NCBI GenBank assembly: GCA_963745835.1
Contig: CAVUZH010000023.1
Coordinates: 1 to 64,000, forward strand
Direction of reading: 5' to 3'
Source: an uncultured delta proteobacterium
GTDB lineage: Bacteria > Desulfobacterota > Binatia > UBA9968
Length of the DNA stretch: 64,000 nt
This document shows positions 41,794-53,353 of this stretch, piece by piece (position 1 is the first letter of the stretch; each line of letters begins with the position of its first letter). A model generated the notes under the pieces. That model did no database searches. It saw nothing but the letters and a program-made list of their open reading frames with translations, and had not been told where the DNA came from. A program made the position numbers and the translations under genes.

Positions 41794-44700
41794 ATGAAAA
41801 ACCTGCGAAAGATTCCGCTACCCTCCAATCGTTCAAAAATTCAGCAACTGCTCAAGAAAAGCCCGTCGCCATTAAACGCGGAGGCGAATTTTGGCCGGCT
41901 GATTGAGAGTGGCGGGAGTCAGTCGATTGACAAAATTCCAGCAAACGAGTTGCCGGTATTGACCCGGCTTCTCGGCAGTAGCGCTTATCTCAGCGAAGTT
42001 CTGATTCAACAGGGAAAGAACTGGCCGGAGCTATTTCTTGAGCAGATCAAGATCCAGCGAAAGTCCGTTGACGATCATTTACGCGAGCTCAAAGCAGTCA
42101 CGACAGCGGCCCAACAGTTTGACGAATTCTGCGCCGGACTGCGCCGACACAAACAGCGAGAGTATCTGCGCATTGGCGCGCGCGATCTCGATCCTTCAGT
42201 GCCGCTGGAAGAAACGGTCAGAGAACTGACAGCTCTTGCGGAAGCTTCTCTGGAATCAGCTTACCTGTATTGCCGGCGCGAAACGGAACAGGAATTCGGC
42301 TATCTAAATCTACCCGGCACAGAGAGGCCCAACGCTTTCGTCGTGCTCGGGATGGGCAAGCTCGGCGGCGGTGAACTCAATTTCAGTTCCGATGTCGATG
42401 TCATTTTTCTCTTTGAGAATAACGAAGGCGAGAGCTCCGGTGGGCCAAAGGGCAAGGCTGAGCCGAGAGCGTTCTTCGCTGAGATCGGCAAGAAAATCAT
42501 TCAAGCGATGGGCAAAGTCACCGAGGATGGTTTTGTCTTTCGCATCGACTTGAGGCTTCGGCCTTTAGGCGTCAATGGACCGTTGGTACAGTCGGTGGAC
42601 TCGGCCATGCTGTATTACGAATCCTGGGGGCAATGTTGGGAGCGTGCTGCCTTGATCAAGGCGCGCCCGGTGGCCGGAGATCGAAAGCTGGGAAATCGTT
42701 TTCTGAAGGAAGTGGAGCCGTTCGTTTATCGCCGATACCTCGACTATACCACCGTCGAGGAGCTTCGGCATATGAAGCTGCGGATCGAAAACGAGCTCTT
42801 GAGCTCACAGGACAAGGAGAGAAATATCAAGCTCGGTTATGGCGGCATCCGTGAGATCGAGTTCTTCGCCCAGGCGCTGCAACTGGTTAACGGAGGCTAC
42901 GAACCGGCTCTGCGGCAACAGAACACCCAGCGGGCGCTTGCCGAGCTTGCCGCGCATAAGTTCATATCCGCCGATGAGATGAACCAGTTGACCGAGGCTT
43001 ATCGGTTTCTGCGCCAGGTCGAGCATAAAGTTCAGATGGTGCAAGAAGCGCATGCTCACTCGATTCCAGAGGGCGAAGAAGAAGAAAAAGCGCTGGCCCG
43101 CCGGCTCGGGTATCTGCCGCGAGACAAGCGCGGCGAGCGCGAGCAGTTCTGGTCGGCGAAAAATATTCACGGTGAAAACGTGCGGCGTACGTTCGACCGG
43201 CTCTTTTACGGCGCGCAAAAGGAAATCACCCAAGGCGGCCAATCCCACGCCGCAACGATTTGGCACGATCTCGATCAGCGCGAAGTGATTATCCGCGAAC
43301 TTGAGAAGCTTGGATTCGCCGATGCCGACAAAGCGTACGAGAATCTTCTCGCGGTTCGCGACGGCGAGAGCTTCGCTCCGCCGAGCGCCAAACGCCTGAA
43401 GATTATGCGCACCCTGGGTCCGGCGCTGATCGCGGAGATCGCTAAATCCGGCGCTCCTGACCAAGCTCTTTTGAATTTGTCGAGATTCAGCCATCGAATT
43501 GGCGGCCGCAGCGGCTTTCTCAGGCTGCTAGCGGAGAACCCGGAAACCATGCGGTTGCTGATTACTCTGTTTGCCGAAAGCCAATTCCTCACCGAACTCT
43601 TCCTAAATCGTCCGGAGCTCATAGACACTCTGATTCGCGTGGATCTGACGCGCATCGATAAGAGCAAAGAGTCGATGCTCTCAGGCTTGCGCGAAGCCAT
43701 AGCGGAGCAGGACGATATCGAAGCTAAACTGAACGCGATCCGGCGCTCCAAAACTGAGGAGTTCATCAGGATTGGGCTCCACGATCTCGGCGGCACCATC
43801 GACCTCGAACCGGTGCTAGAGCAACTTTCGGATCTCGCCGACGCCGTTGTCGAGTGCGCCTTGCAATTGACTCTCGACGAGCTGCAGGAAAAATTCGGCA
43901 TCATTGCCCAGGGCCGATTCACCGTTCTGGGCATGGGCAAGATGGGTGGCCGTGAGTTGGATTACAATTCCGACCTGGACCTGGTTTTTGTTTACGATGC
44001 CGATGAGGACGCCTCTAGCAGCGGCGGCGTCCAAGGTAAATTGCCGGCCCATGATTTCTACGTTCGCGTAGGCCAAAAACTGATCACCTATCTCTCAGCG
44101 CCAACCGAAGAAGGCATCGCTTACAAGATCGATATGCAGCTACGTCCATCGGGCAAAGCCGGTCCTCTGGTCAGCTCTCTGGAAGCTTTTCGCGATTATC
44201 ACCGCACCAGCTCGCAGCTGTGGGAGCGCCAATCCTTGATCAAGGCGCGTTATGTTGCCGGCGACTCGAGCTTGGGAAAAGTCCTCGAGAAAGTCGCCGC
44301 GGATTTCGCGTATGGCTCAGGTCTGTCAAAGGAAGGTGTCGGTGAGATTCATCACCTCAGAATGCGCATGGAACGAGAGCTCGCCGGTGAAAGCGACAGT
44401 CATTTCAATCTGAAGAAGGGTCGCGGCGGTATCGTCGATATTGAGTTTCTTACGCAAATGCTCCAGCTGGCCCATGGCATTCACCATCCCAGTCTTAGGT
44501 GTCGGGCAACCTTGAAAGCTTTAAAGGCGTTGCATCAGCAGGGCATCCTCAAGAAAAAGGAATACGCTACGCTGGCCGATGGTTACTTGTTTTTGCGGCG
44601 CTTGGATCACCGCCTCAGGCTGGAGCGCGACCAATCGATCGATGCATTTGAACGTGACCCCGGCCGTCTCGACGGCATCGCTCGAGCTTTAGGCTATGAG

Positions 44701-44829
44701 AGCGCAATCGGCCGGAGCGGTAAGAGCGTCGCCAAGGCCGGGCGCAAGTTGCTTGCAGATTATGAATCACGGCGCGAGAAGATGCGCGCATGTTATGAGC
44801 GGTTCTTCCTGGCGGCAAACGACGATTAG
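41794..44829 (+). CDS. glnE: Bifunctional glutamine synthetase adenylyltransferase/adenylyl-removing enzyme
   Basis: Two nucleotidyltransferase domains (GMGKLGGGELNFSSDVD; GMGKMGGRELDYNSDLD), DLRLRP/DMQLRP, GGIREIEF/GGIVDIEF. Confidence 0.96.
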   Translation: MKNLRKIPLPSNRSKIQQLLKKSPSPLNAEANFGRLIESGGSQSIDKIPANELPVLTRLLGSSAYLSEVLIQQGKNWPELFLEQIKIQRKSVDDHLRELKAVTTAAQQFDEFCAGLRRHKQREYLRIGARDLDPSVPLEETVRELTALAEASLESAYLYCRRETEQEFGYLNLPGTERPNAFVVLGMGKLGGGELNFSSDVDVIFLFENNEGESSGGPKGKAEPRAFFAEIGKKIIQAMGKVTEDGFVFRIDLRLRPLGVNGPLVQSVDSAMLYYESWGQCWERAALIKARPVAGDRKLGNRFLKEVEPFVYRRYLDYTTVEELRHMKLRIENELLSSQDKERNIKLGYGGIREIEFFAQALQLVNGGYEPALRQQNTQRALAELAAHKFISADEMNQLTEAYRFLRQVEHKVQMVQEAHAHSIPEGEEEEKALARRLGYLPRDKRGEREQFWSAKNIHGENVRRTFDRLFYGAQKEITQGGQSHAATIWHDLDQREVIIRELEKLGFADADKAYENLLAVRDGESFAPPSAKRLKIMRTLGPALIAEIAKSGAPDQALLNLSRFSHRIGGRSGFLRLLAENPETMRLLITLFAESQFLTELFLNRPELIDTLIRVDLTRIDKSKESMLSGLREAIAEQDDIEAKLNAIRRSKTEEFIRIGLHDLGGTIDLEPVLEQLSDLADAVVECALQLTLDELQEKFGIIAQGRFTVLGMGKMGGRELDYNSDLDLVFVYDADEDASSSGGVQGKLPAHDFYVRVGQKLITYLSAPTEEGIAYKIDMQLRPSGKAGPLVSSLEAFRDYHRTSSQLWERQSLIKARYVAGDSSLGKVLEKVAADFAYGSGLSKEGVGEIHHLRMRMERELAGESDSHFNLKKGRGGIVDIEFLTQMLQLAHGIHHPSLRCRATLKALKALHQQGILKKKEYATLADGYLFLRRLDHRLRLERDQSIDAFERDPGRLDGIARALGYESAIGRSGKSVAKAGRKLLADYESRREKMRACYERFFLAANDD

Positions 44830-45018
44830 CTCAATCCGCTTTGTGCAATAAAACGTCAATTTATAGGGCTCCATAATCTGTTGCAGGGGGAGGGCAGCGG
44901 AGCGATAATCTCTTCGAGCGCGCCCTCCGGTTGTTAGGCGTCGGAACCGGCGTTTTTCTGTACCATTATAAAATTTGATTATTGACAGTAGCACACCATG
45001 TGCGATATCGTCACGGTC

Positions 45019-45420
45019 ATGAAAACACAGATTTCCAAGGGCATTGCCCTGGCTTCTTTTGTAGCCGTCATGTCGGCCCCCCTTCACGCGCAGACGACAG
45101 CTCCAGTCGATCAACCCCCCGAACAGCCCGTCAGTCAGGAACTGGGTTACGGATTCGCCTCGGCGCTGGCGAGCATCTTCTACATACCTGCCAAGGTAAC
45201 CTATGCCGGATTGGGTCTGATAACCGGCGGACTCGGCTATGTGCTGACTGGTGGCAGAGACGATGTGGCGAGCAACATAATCTACCCGGCCGTGCGCGGG
45301 CACTATGTCGTCACGCCCAACCAAATAAAAGGCATCGAGCCGATTTACTTCGTCGGCGCGCCGCCGGAATCTCCAGAGCCTGAGAGCTACGCTGCCGGTA
45401 CGACGCCTACACCACGTTAA
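45019..45420 (+). CDS. Exported/membrane hypothetical protein
   Basis: Signal peptide, then Gly-rich hydrophobic segment YIPAKVTYAGLGLITGG. Confidence 0.65.
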   Translation: MKTQISKGIALASFVAVMSAPLHAQTTAPVDQPPEQPVSQELGYGFASALASIFYIPAKVTYAGLGLITGGLGYVLTGGRDDVASNIIYPAVRGHYVVTPNQIKGIEPIYFVGAPPESPEPESYAAGTTPTPR

Positions 45421-46190
45421 GCGCCGACGCAGACGCCTCGTTTCGAAGACCTGATAAACTCCACGAGGGTCATGACATCGTCATCGGCCCTCATATTTTC
45501 CTCTACTTCTGTAAGAGCTATCGAAAGGTTGCGTCCTTTTCGGAATAGCACGCGGAACGCATTGCGGATGGCTCGGATCCGACGATCGTCAAAGCCGGCG
45601 CGCTTTAATCCCACCACATTGACACCGCGCACCGTGTGCTGCCAATCGACGATGGCAAACGGCGGAACATCGCGGCTGGTGCCGCTCAGGCCGCGCATCA
45701 TGGCGTGCTCGCCGATTCGGATAAACTGGTGCACCACACAGTTGCCGGAAATAAACACGCTGTTCCCGACGTCGACATAGCCGCCTAGCAAAGCGCCGTT
45801 AGCCATAACGATATTGTCGCCTAACTTGCAATTATGTCCCACGTGCGACGTGGCCATGAGATAGTTGTGGTTGCCGATGATTGTTGATGAATTCGATGCC
45901 GTGCCGCGATGCACTTGAGCGTGTTCACGGATCACGTTGTGGTTGCCGATGGTTAAGTAACTCTCCTGCCCCTGGTAAGCCTTATCCTGGGGCGCGCCGC
46001 CAACAACTGCGCCGGGATGAATCTCATTATCCTCGCCGATCTCAGTCCAACCTGTGAGATAAGCATGAGCCATGATCCGCGTTCCGCGTCTAACCTTCAC
46101 CGGCCCGTCGATGACTACGTAGGGGCCGATCTCTACTTCCGAATCGATTTCCGCCCGGGAGTCGACCACAGCTGTCGAATGGATGCTCAT
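45417..46190 (-). CDS. lpxA: Acyl-[ACP]--UDP-N-acetylglucosamine O-acyltransferase (orphan paralog)
   Basis: Hexapeptide repeats, PQD, IREHAQVHRGT, SHVGHNC, VHQF, GVNVVGLKR. Confidence 0.87.
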   Translation of the reverse strand: MSIHSTAVVDSRAEIDSEVEIGPYVVIDGPVKVRRGTRIMAHAYLTGWTEIGEDNEIHPGAVVGGAPQDKAYQGQESYLTIGNHNVIREHAQVHRGTASNSSTIIGNHNYLMATSHVGHNCKLGDNIVMANGALLGGYVDVGNSVFISGNCVVHQFIRIGEHAMMRGLSGTSRDVPPFAIVDWQHTVRGVNVVGLKRAGFDDRRIRAIRNAFRVLFRKGRNLSIALTEVEENMRADDDVMTLVEFIRSSKRGVCVGA

Positions 46191-46204
46191 GAGAATCTGC
46201 GCGA

Positions 46205-46399
46205 CTATCGATCTTCCTTTTCGTCTTCTTCGTCTTCGCCCACCTTTGTTTCAACCTTGCGTCCGGGAATACGGTACCTCTCCTCGGTCCAAGCGCCGAG
46301 ATCGATCAGCTGACAACGATCCGAGCAAAACGGCCGGTGTGGATTATCGTCCCAAGAGCATTCTTTCCGGCAAGTGGGGCATTTCACATGCAACGGCAT
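46205..46399 (-). CDS. yacG: DNA gyrase inhibitor YacG
   Basis: CPTC...[16 protein letters not shown]. Confidence 0.93.
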   Translation of the reverse strand: MPLHVKCPTCRKECSWDDNPHRPFCSDRCQLIDLGAWTEERYRIPGRKVETKVGEDEEDEKEDR

Positions 46400-46417
46400 G
46401 GCTTTCTCCTCAGCTAT

Positions 46418-47386
46418 TTACGTAGTACTGGCAAACAACTCGTCGACCCCAACCTTTTTGGCCAAAAGACCTTGGTCTTCGGCATAATCGATGAAACGCT
46501 CGAGATTAGCCCGATTCTTTTCTACGCCATTGGGCCATGGATCATCGCCAAAGGCTTTTCTCTCTTCTTCGAACAGATGCCTGCCCCAAACGAAGCGTGA
46601 CCAATTAGGATCGTCGTAGTACGCTTTACACGCTTGTTTGGCTTCGTCGAAGGCTTGCATTACTTTCGCGGCAAGAGCGGGATCTCTTTTCAGGACATCG
46701 TCCCTGAAAGCCACAACGTGCATGATCGGATAGTAGCCGTTTTTCTGAAAGTACCTGATCTCTTCCTGCTTCGGATCCGAAAATAAACGGCGGATCTTCT
46801 TCGACCCTTCAAGCGCTTCCGCTGGCGGGTGCGGAACCATGAGCGCATCGATCTCACCTTGCTCAAGAAGCACGCCGATCTTTTTACCTGGGGCAAGCAG
46901 TTCAATATGAACACCGGCCTCAGGCTTGAAGGCCACCGCCTCGTCTTTAGAAACCACCCAATCAATTGTGCGCCAGGGCACATTGTATTCAGATTGCAGA
47001 TCACCTTTGGCAAGCACGGATAAGGTCGTTTGAAACGTACTGAGGCCGACGCGCTTGCCAGGCAAATCGGCGGGCGAGCTTATCCGCGCGTCAACATTCA
47101 CCCACATCTGCGATAGGCTGAACAAACGGCGTGGAAAAACCGGGATCGCGGTAAATGGCAAGCCGAGGCTTTTTGCCATCAGATAGGAAGAGAGCGAAAG
47201 CTCACAGATATCGAACTCTTGTTTCTGCAACATGCGCTCATGGCGGTCTTGACCATGTTTGAGAGGATGAGATTGTCCGACTTCGAGCACGGTTATGTTT
47301 GCTCCCTCGACTTGAATCGATCGGTCGAATAGAGGAATATGACGGTCGTAGTGGGATAGCGCGATTGTCAGATCTGCTTTAGCCAT
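46418..47386 (-). CDS. 4,5-dihydroxyphthalate decarboxylase-like protein (binding-protein fold)
   Basis: YDRHIPL, FDICELSLSSY, IPVFPRR, YPIMHVV, DPWPNG..NR. Confidence 0.8.
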   Translation of the reverse strand: MAKADLTIALSHYDRHIPLFDRSIQVEGANITVLEVGQSHPLKHGQDRHERMLQKQEFDICELSLSSYLMAKSLGLPFTAIPVFPRRLFSLSQMWVNVDARISSPADLPGKRVGLSTFQTTLSVLAKGDLQSEYNVPWRTIDWVVSKDEAVAFKPEAGVHIELLAPGKKIGVLLEQGEIDALMVPHPPAEALEGSKKIRRLFSDPKQEEIRYFQKNGYYPIMHVVAFRDDVLKRDPALAAKVMQAFDEAKQACKAYYDDPNWSRFVWGRHLFEEERKAFGDDPWPNGVEKNRANLERFIDYAEDQGLLAKKVGVDELFASTT

Positions 47387-47632
47387 ACTCGAATACTTTC
47401 TTCGTCAGTTTGATTCTTGCTTACTCACTTTCCTTAATCATGTCCAGCTGAAATGGCACAGGAAGCCTACACGTAGCGGCAGATGTCGTATCCGATGGCG
47501 GTCTAACATTCAGTAACTAAGAATGGCATGGCCGCGCTAAACGCTCAGGCGAATTTGTGCCAATTCTAACGAGAGATCTTGGAGTAGATGCCCGATGTCT
47601 GTTGTTTACGGAAGATTATGACCAGGTAAGAT

Positions 47633-47830
47633 TTAGCTTGGAACGTTCGGCGTTTTTTGGCTGTTTGTCAGCCGCTGGAGCAAAGCTTCGATTTCCTGCA
47701 GACGGGCGCGCGCTTCATCCTCGGCCTGCTTAATCTCGTTGGCGGGCGCGCCGCTGCTCACGGCGTCTTCGAATTGGGTTACCGCGACGCCAAAGGTTCT
47801 AAGCAATCGGCGCGTTTCATCGCTGGGCAT
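47633..47830 (-). CDS. Small helical hypothetical protein downstream of the AOR gene
   Basis: GGAGGAG RBS; MPSDETRRLLRTFGVAV. Confidence 0.6.
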   Translation of the reverse strand: MPSDETRRLLRTFGVAVTQFEDAVSSGAPANEIKQAEDEARARLQEIEALLQRLTNSQKTPNVPS

Positions 47831-47861
47831 GTGCTCTCCTCCAGTCCTAACTCGGATGGAA

Positions 47862-49663
47862 TTAATTGGAAATCTTAAGCTCGCGCATCTTGCTCTCGGG
47901 AATAAAACCGCGATCATTCCAGCCCCGGGCTAGGTAATAGCTTTGGATCATTTCATGCAGCTCCGCCGGCCGCAGTTCAGTGCCTTGAGCCACTCCGTCG
48001 GCTAGTTTTTCATCCAGCAATCTGGGTGGAAGCCAATCATCGTCGGGCTGCCAGCCTTCTCGAATGTTGAACAATTTCTTTTGTGCGTTTATGCGTTCGC
48101 CGATCTGTCTCAGCTCAGCACTGGAGTAGGGCCAGCCGGTCACTTTGGCGAGTAGATCGGCAGCTTCTGCATAGAAATCCGTGAAGCATTTGCGCAGAAA
48201 TTTGCAAACGATCAATGAGTCCAGCACCGCGGCAAAATCTTCGGAAGCGGCGACGAGTAATCCGCGGCCGGAATCGCCATGCAGGCGGTCGACTTCCCCG
48301 GAGAAATCATACTCATAAGCGCCGGAGCGGTTATGACAGGCGCCACGCGGGCTGACCGCAAGTCCGAGCGCCATGGTTTTCAAGCTGCGCGGTTCGTATC
48401 CGGGTAATTCCAGTCCCTTCACGTGCATGGCCCATTGTCCGGCATCTTTGCCAACGACGGCCGCCGCTCGCTTGGAGCCTTGGGCCAGCAGATCGCCAAG
48501 TCCCTGACGCTCGGCAATCATGGGGATAATCTTCAAAAATGCGTCGGCTCGGCCAAAGCGCAGCCCTAAAGCGCTGGCTTCCGGCAACAGGCCCTTCTCG
48601 GCGCATTCCATTGCCCAGGCGATGGTTGCGCCGGTGCTGATGGAATCCAAACCGTAATCGTCGCACAGGCGCGCGGCTTGAAGCAGGGTGTGCGGGTCCT
48701 CGATCTCACACATCGGCCCCAAGGCGAAGAGTGTCTCGTACTCCAGGCGCTGATCCTGTCCGTCCAAAGACTTGAACAAACGTTCGCAGCGGATCGTACA
48801 GGCGGCGCAGCCGTTTCTCCGGCTGAAGTTATTTTCGGTGAGACTTTCACCGCTCAAGTTGTCCGCGTGCGCGAACGTGGAATGCTGAAAATTGCGGGTG
48901 GGCAAGCTGCCGAGACGGTTGAACACCGCAAGGTTGGCAACGGTTCCGATCTGACGATACTTAGACGTTACCGTTCCGACGCTTCTGTGTCGCATTGCCA
49001 GCGCGAGCTCGGCGACGCCTTTCGAATCGGCGATTGCGGTATCCGTATCGCCGCGAATCGCAATCGCCTTCAAGCGCTTTGCGCCCATGACAGCGCCGAC
49101 GCCGCCGCGCCCCGCATGGCGCCCATCATTGCTGATCGTCGCGAACCTGACGCCATTCTCACCGGCCAAACCAATGGCGGCCACACGGAAGCTGTGATTC
49201 TTGGACTCGGCACGAAGCAAAGAATCGGTCTCTGTGGCGCTCTTGCCGATCAGGTGAGTGGCCTCTCTGAAGAGAACCCGACCGCCATCGATGACCAGAT
49301 ACATCCAACTCGGTGATCGACCGGTGATTACCAGAGCATCAACTCCCAGCTTCTTTAATTCCAAAGCAAAGTAACTGGAGGAGAGCGAGTCGGCGATAAA
49401 GCTGGTGAGAGGGGATTTCGTCACGACAGCGTATTTAGCAGTGGTGGTGAGTGGCGTCCCGACCAGCGGCGCGCTGGCGAAGATGAGTGGATTCTCCGGC
49501 GCCAGCGCATCGACTGCCCGGCGGAGCAAATTCATACAGTAGATCAGAGCCAAGGCCGATGCCGCCGAGGCAGCGATGCAAGCGCGACGCTGTCAATCTC
49601 GAGAGATGTATAGGTTGCCGTCGTCAGATCGATTTTAAGCAACTGGCCGTGAAAGCCATACAT
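47862..49663 (-). CDS. Aldehyde:ferredoxin oxidoreductase family protein (indels near the 5' end)
   Basis: MYGFHGQLLKIDL, KSPLT, GRGGVGAVMGAKRLKAI, CAACTIRC, EYET, DDYGLD, YYLARGW. Confidence 0.92.
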
Positions 49664-49906
49664 CGCTAACCTCCCGCGTCCGCCAGAAATGATGAAAGCA
49701 AAATCTCCAGCAGCGGTACTTCCTCTTGGCTGTTCGCACTCAGTTGTCCGCGCCGCTCCTTCACTAGGTATTAGACTTCTAAGCCCGCTAACAAAGACCA
49801 CTCTAAACCAGCGCTTCAAAACTCTTCTATCATCCGGTAAGCGCTATTCCAAGTTACAGTGAAATATCGGACTCGTTGGCGAGGGCTGCCAGCACCGCGA
49901 TCTCTC

Positions 49907-49934
49907 TTGACATGTTTCAAAAGCAGAGTATAGG
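49907..49934 (+). promoter_or_regulatory. Putative sigma70 promoter (TTGACA-16-TATAGG) overlapping an FNR-like palindrome
   Basis: TTGAC-ATGT-TTCAA at 49907-49920, 8/10 match to TTGAT-N4-ATCAA, 130 bp upstream of the FDH start. Confidence 0.45.
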
Positions 49935-50049
49935 AGGGTTATAAACGAAGTTCTTAAATTCGTACATCTTAGCAACTTACCGCGCTTGTTCGTGAGAAGG
50001 TCATGGTCTCTTTTTCCACTATCCCCACCTCTAAAAAAGGAGTCGGAAC

Positions 50050-53000
50050 ATGGAAGTTTCACGACGCGATTTTCTCCGCCTTTCAGTCGCAGCAGGGACC
50101 GGCACGGCGCTGAGTGGACTCGTCGGCTCGGGCGTCAATCTCGGACCGGCTGTTGCCCGGGCACAGGAGCTGCGGATCAAAAACGCCAAGGTCACTCCCA
50201 GCGTCTGCCCCTATTGCTCAGTCGGATGCGGCACGCTGATTCACACCATCAACGGCAAGATCGTCAACATCGAAGGCGATCCGCGTAGCCCGCACAACGA
50301 AGGAACCCTTTGTCCCAAGGGCGCGGCGATCTTCCAGCTCCACGTCAACCCCAACCGCCCGACTCAGGTTCTCCATCGTGCGGCAGGGGCTGCCGACTGG
50401 GAGGTATGGGATCTTGAGCGCGCGATGAACCGGATCGCCGAGCTGACGAAGAAGACCCGCGACGAGACCTTCATCGAAAAGCTTGCCCAACGGAAAGCTC
50501 GTCAACATGACGCCCGCCATCTTCGCGTTAGGCGGCGCCACCCTCGAGGTCGAGTTCAATCACATTTGCCAAAAGCTCATGCGCGGCCTCGGCATCGTCG
50601 CCATCGAGAATCAGGCGCGGATATGACACAGCTCTAGCGTCCCCGGTCTGGGGACCCGATTTGGCCGCGGCGCAGCCACCCTCTATCCCGCGGAGCATGG
50701 CGGACTCCGACTGCATCGTCGTCATGGGTTCCAACATGGCGGAGAACCATCCCGTGGCGTTCCGCTGGCCGATGAAGGCCAAGGTCGAGCACGGCGCCAA
50801 GATCATCCACGTCGATCCGCGTTTCACCCGCACCAGCTCAGTAGCCGATATTTACGCGCCGGTCCGCGCGGGGTCGGACATCGCCTTCCTGGGCGGCGTC
50901 ATCAAATATGTTCTCGACAGCGAGAAGTGGAACAACGACCCATTCTTCAAGACCTTCGTCGTGAACTACACCAATGCCGCGACGATCATCAACGAGGACT
51001 TCAAGGACACCGAAGAACTGGACGGAGTATTTTCGGGACTTCTGCAGTCCAAGGGCGGGATCAACGAATGGCCGTTCAACGGTTTTATCAACCAGTACGA
51101 CGGCGCAAGCTGGCAGTACGCCGGAACCAAGGCCGGGGAGCAGGGCCGAGCTGCGGCGACCGCGCAGTCGGGCGAGGCTATGGTGTCCTCGGGTTCCGAA
51201 GGAACCAAGTCGCCGGCGACGCCTGAATCCGCGCCCGCGCCGGCAGCGGCTAAAGCCCCGCCGGGCCCGCCGTTTGACTCTTTGGTGGCATCTCTCGTCA
51301 AGCCGCCGCCGCAGAGAGACGAGACGCTCCAGAACCCCCGGTGTGTTTTTCAAATCGTCAAGAAGCATTTCGCGCGCTACACGCCGGAGATGGTGGAGAA
51401 GACGACCGGCTGCCCCAAGGAAACGTTTCTCAAAGTCGCCGAGACCATTCTGGCGAATTCGGGCGCGGACCGGACGACTTCATTCGCCTACGCCGTGGCC
51501 TGGACGCAGCACACCTACGGCGTCCAAATAATCGGCGCCTGCGCGCTGCTTCAGCTTCTGCTGGGGAATATCGGCCGGCCCGGCGCGGGCGTCATGGCGC
51601 TCCGCGGCCACGCCTCGATCCAGGGCTCGACGGACGTCCCTACGCTCTACCACTCGATCCAGGGCTATATGGCGGCGCCAACGGCGCTCAAGAAACACGA
51701 CACTCTGCAGGATTACCTCGCGGCTGAGACGCTGCCGACGGGCTATTGGGCGAACATGCCGAAATTCGTCGTTTCGTATCTGAAGTCGATTTACGGAGAT
51801 GCCGCGACCAAGGAGAACCAGTTCGGCTGGGACTGGCACCCGAAGATTCTTGGCGACCATTCACACATGGCCATGTTCGTGGCGATGAACGCCGGCAAGG
51901 TGAAAGGAATGTTTTGCGTCGGGCAGAATCCCGCCACGTCGGTGAATGCCAAGCTGGAGCGCTCGGGGCTAAGGAAGCTCGAATGGCTGGTCGTGAAAGA
52001 CAACTGGCTCACCGAGACAGCCACTTTCTGGAAGAATGCGCCCGAGGTTAAAAAGGGCGAGGTCAAGACCGCGGACATCAAGACCGAAGTCTTTTTCCTC
52101 CCCGCCACCCAGGTCGGCGAGATCGAAGGCACGTTCACCAACACCCAGCGCCTGCTGCAATTTCATCACAAAGCCGCCGAGGCGCCCGGCGATTGCCGGT
52201 CCGATACCTTGTTCTACTACGATCTCGGCAAACGTTTGAAGAAGCTCTACGCGCAATCGACTGAGCCGCGCGACGAGGGCTTTAAAAATCTTGTCTGGGA
52301 TTACGAGCACGATGACGCAAACGAACGCAAAAAGGGGGAGCCTTCGGCGCTGAAAATTTTAAAGGAGATCAACGGTTTTCAAACCGACGATCCAAGTAAG
52401 CACATCGCAGGCTTCGGCGATTTGAAGGACGATGGTTCGACGACCTGCGCGTCGTGGATCTATTCGGGCGTCTATCCCGCGGTGGGAAAAAATCTCGCCG
52501 ATAGACGCACGCCCGACGCTCCCGGCCAGCCCGGCGCGCAGCTGAATTGGGGTTGGGCGTGGCCGGCCAACCGGCGCATCATGTACAACCGCGCTTCGGC
52601 CGATCCCGATGGCAAACCCTGGAGCGAAAAGAAAAAATGGGTATGGTGGGATGCGGAGCAGAAAAGATGGGCCGGCTACGATGTGCCGGACTACATCGCG
52701 ACGAAACCGCCCACCGACAAAGCCAAGCCGGGCGCGGCGGGTATGGATGCGCTTCCCGGAACCGCTCCTTTCATCATGCGGCCGGACGGCCTGGGTTGGC
52801 TCTTCGTGCCGGCGGGCCTGGTGGACGGCCCGCTGCCGACGCACTACGAGCCGGTCGAGTCGCCGGTCACCAATCCGCTTTACAAGCAGCAGACCAGCCC
52901 GGTGTTCAAATACTGGAAGGATACCGGCAACGAGCTGGCGAAGATGGGCGACCCGAAGTTTCCCTACGTGATGACGACCTATCGTCTGACCGAGCACTAT

Positions 53001-53348
53001 CTGGCGGGCGGCATGAGCCGCTGGCTTCCGTGGCTGACCGAACTGCAGCCCGAACTCTTCATCGAGATCAGTCCCGAGCTGGCCCAAGAGAAAGGCATCA
53101 AGAATCTCGACTGGTGCAGAATCTCCAGCCCGCGCACGCAGATCCGCGCCAAGGCTCTGGTCACGCGGCGGATGCGCCCCTTCACCATCGACGGCAAAGT
53201 CATCCACCAAGTCGGCATGCCCTGGCACTGGGGTTATGAAGGCCTGTCCACCGGAGACGTCGTCAACGAGTTGACGTCCCTCATAGCCGATCCGAACGTT
53301 TCGATGCACGAGGGAAAAGCGTTCGTCTGCAATGTGGAAAAGGCGTAG
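50050..53348 (+). CDS. fdnG: Selenocysteine-containing formate dehydrogenase alpha subunit (two +1 indels near 50483 and 50690)
   Basis: Tat SRRDFLR; CPYCSVGC...LCPKG; NQARI-UGA-HS at 50624-50626; MGSNMAENHP, TTYRLTEH. Confidence 0.92.
50639..50655 (+). promoter_or_regulatory. Bacterial SECIS hairpin
   Basis: gtcccc-ggtct-ggggac stem starting 12 nt after the in-frame UGA, G in loop. Confidence 0.8.
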
Positions 53349-53353
53349 AGGAT

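Noticed and set aside
47453-47565. Sigma54 -24/-12 promoters (several TGGCA motifs)
   Set aside because: GG-N10-GC spacing is not met
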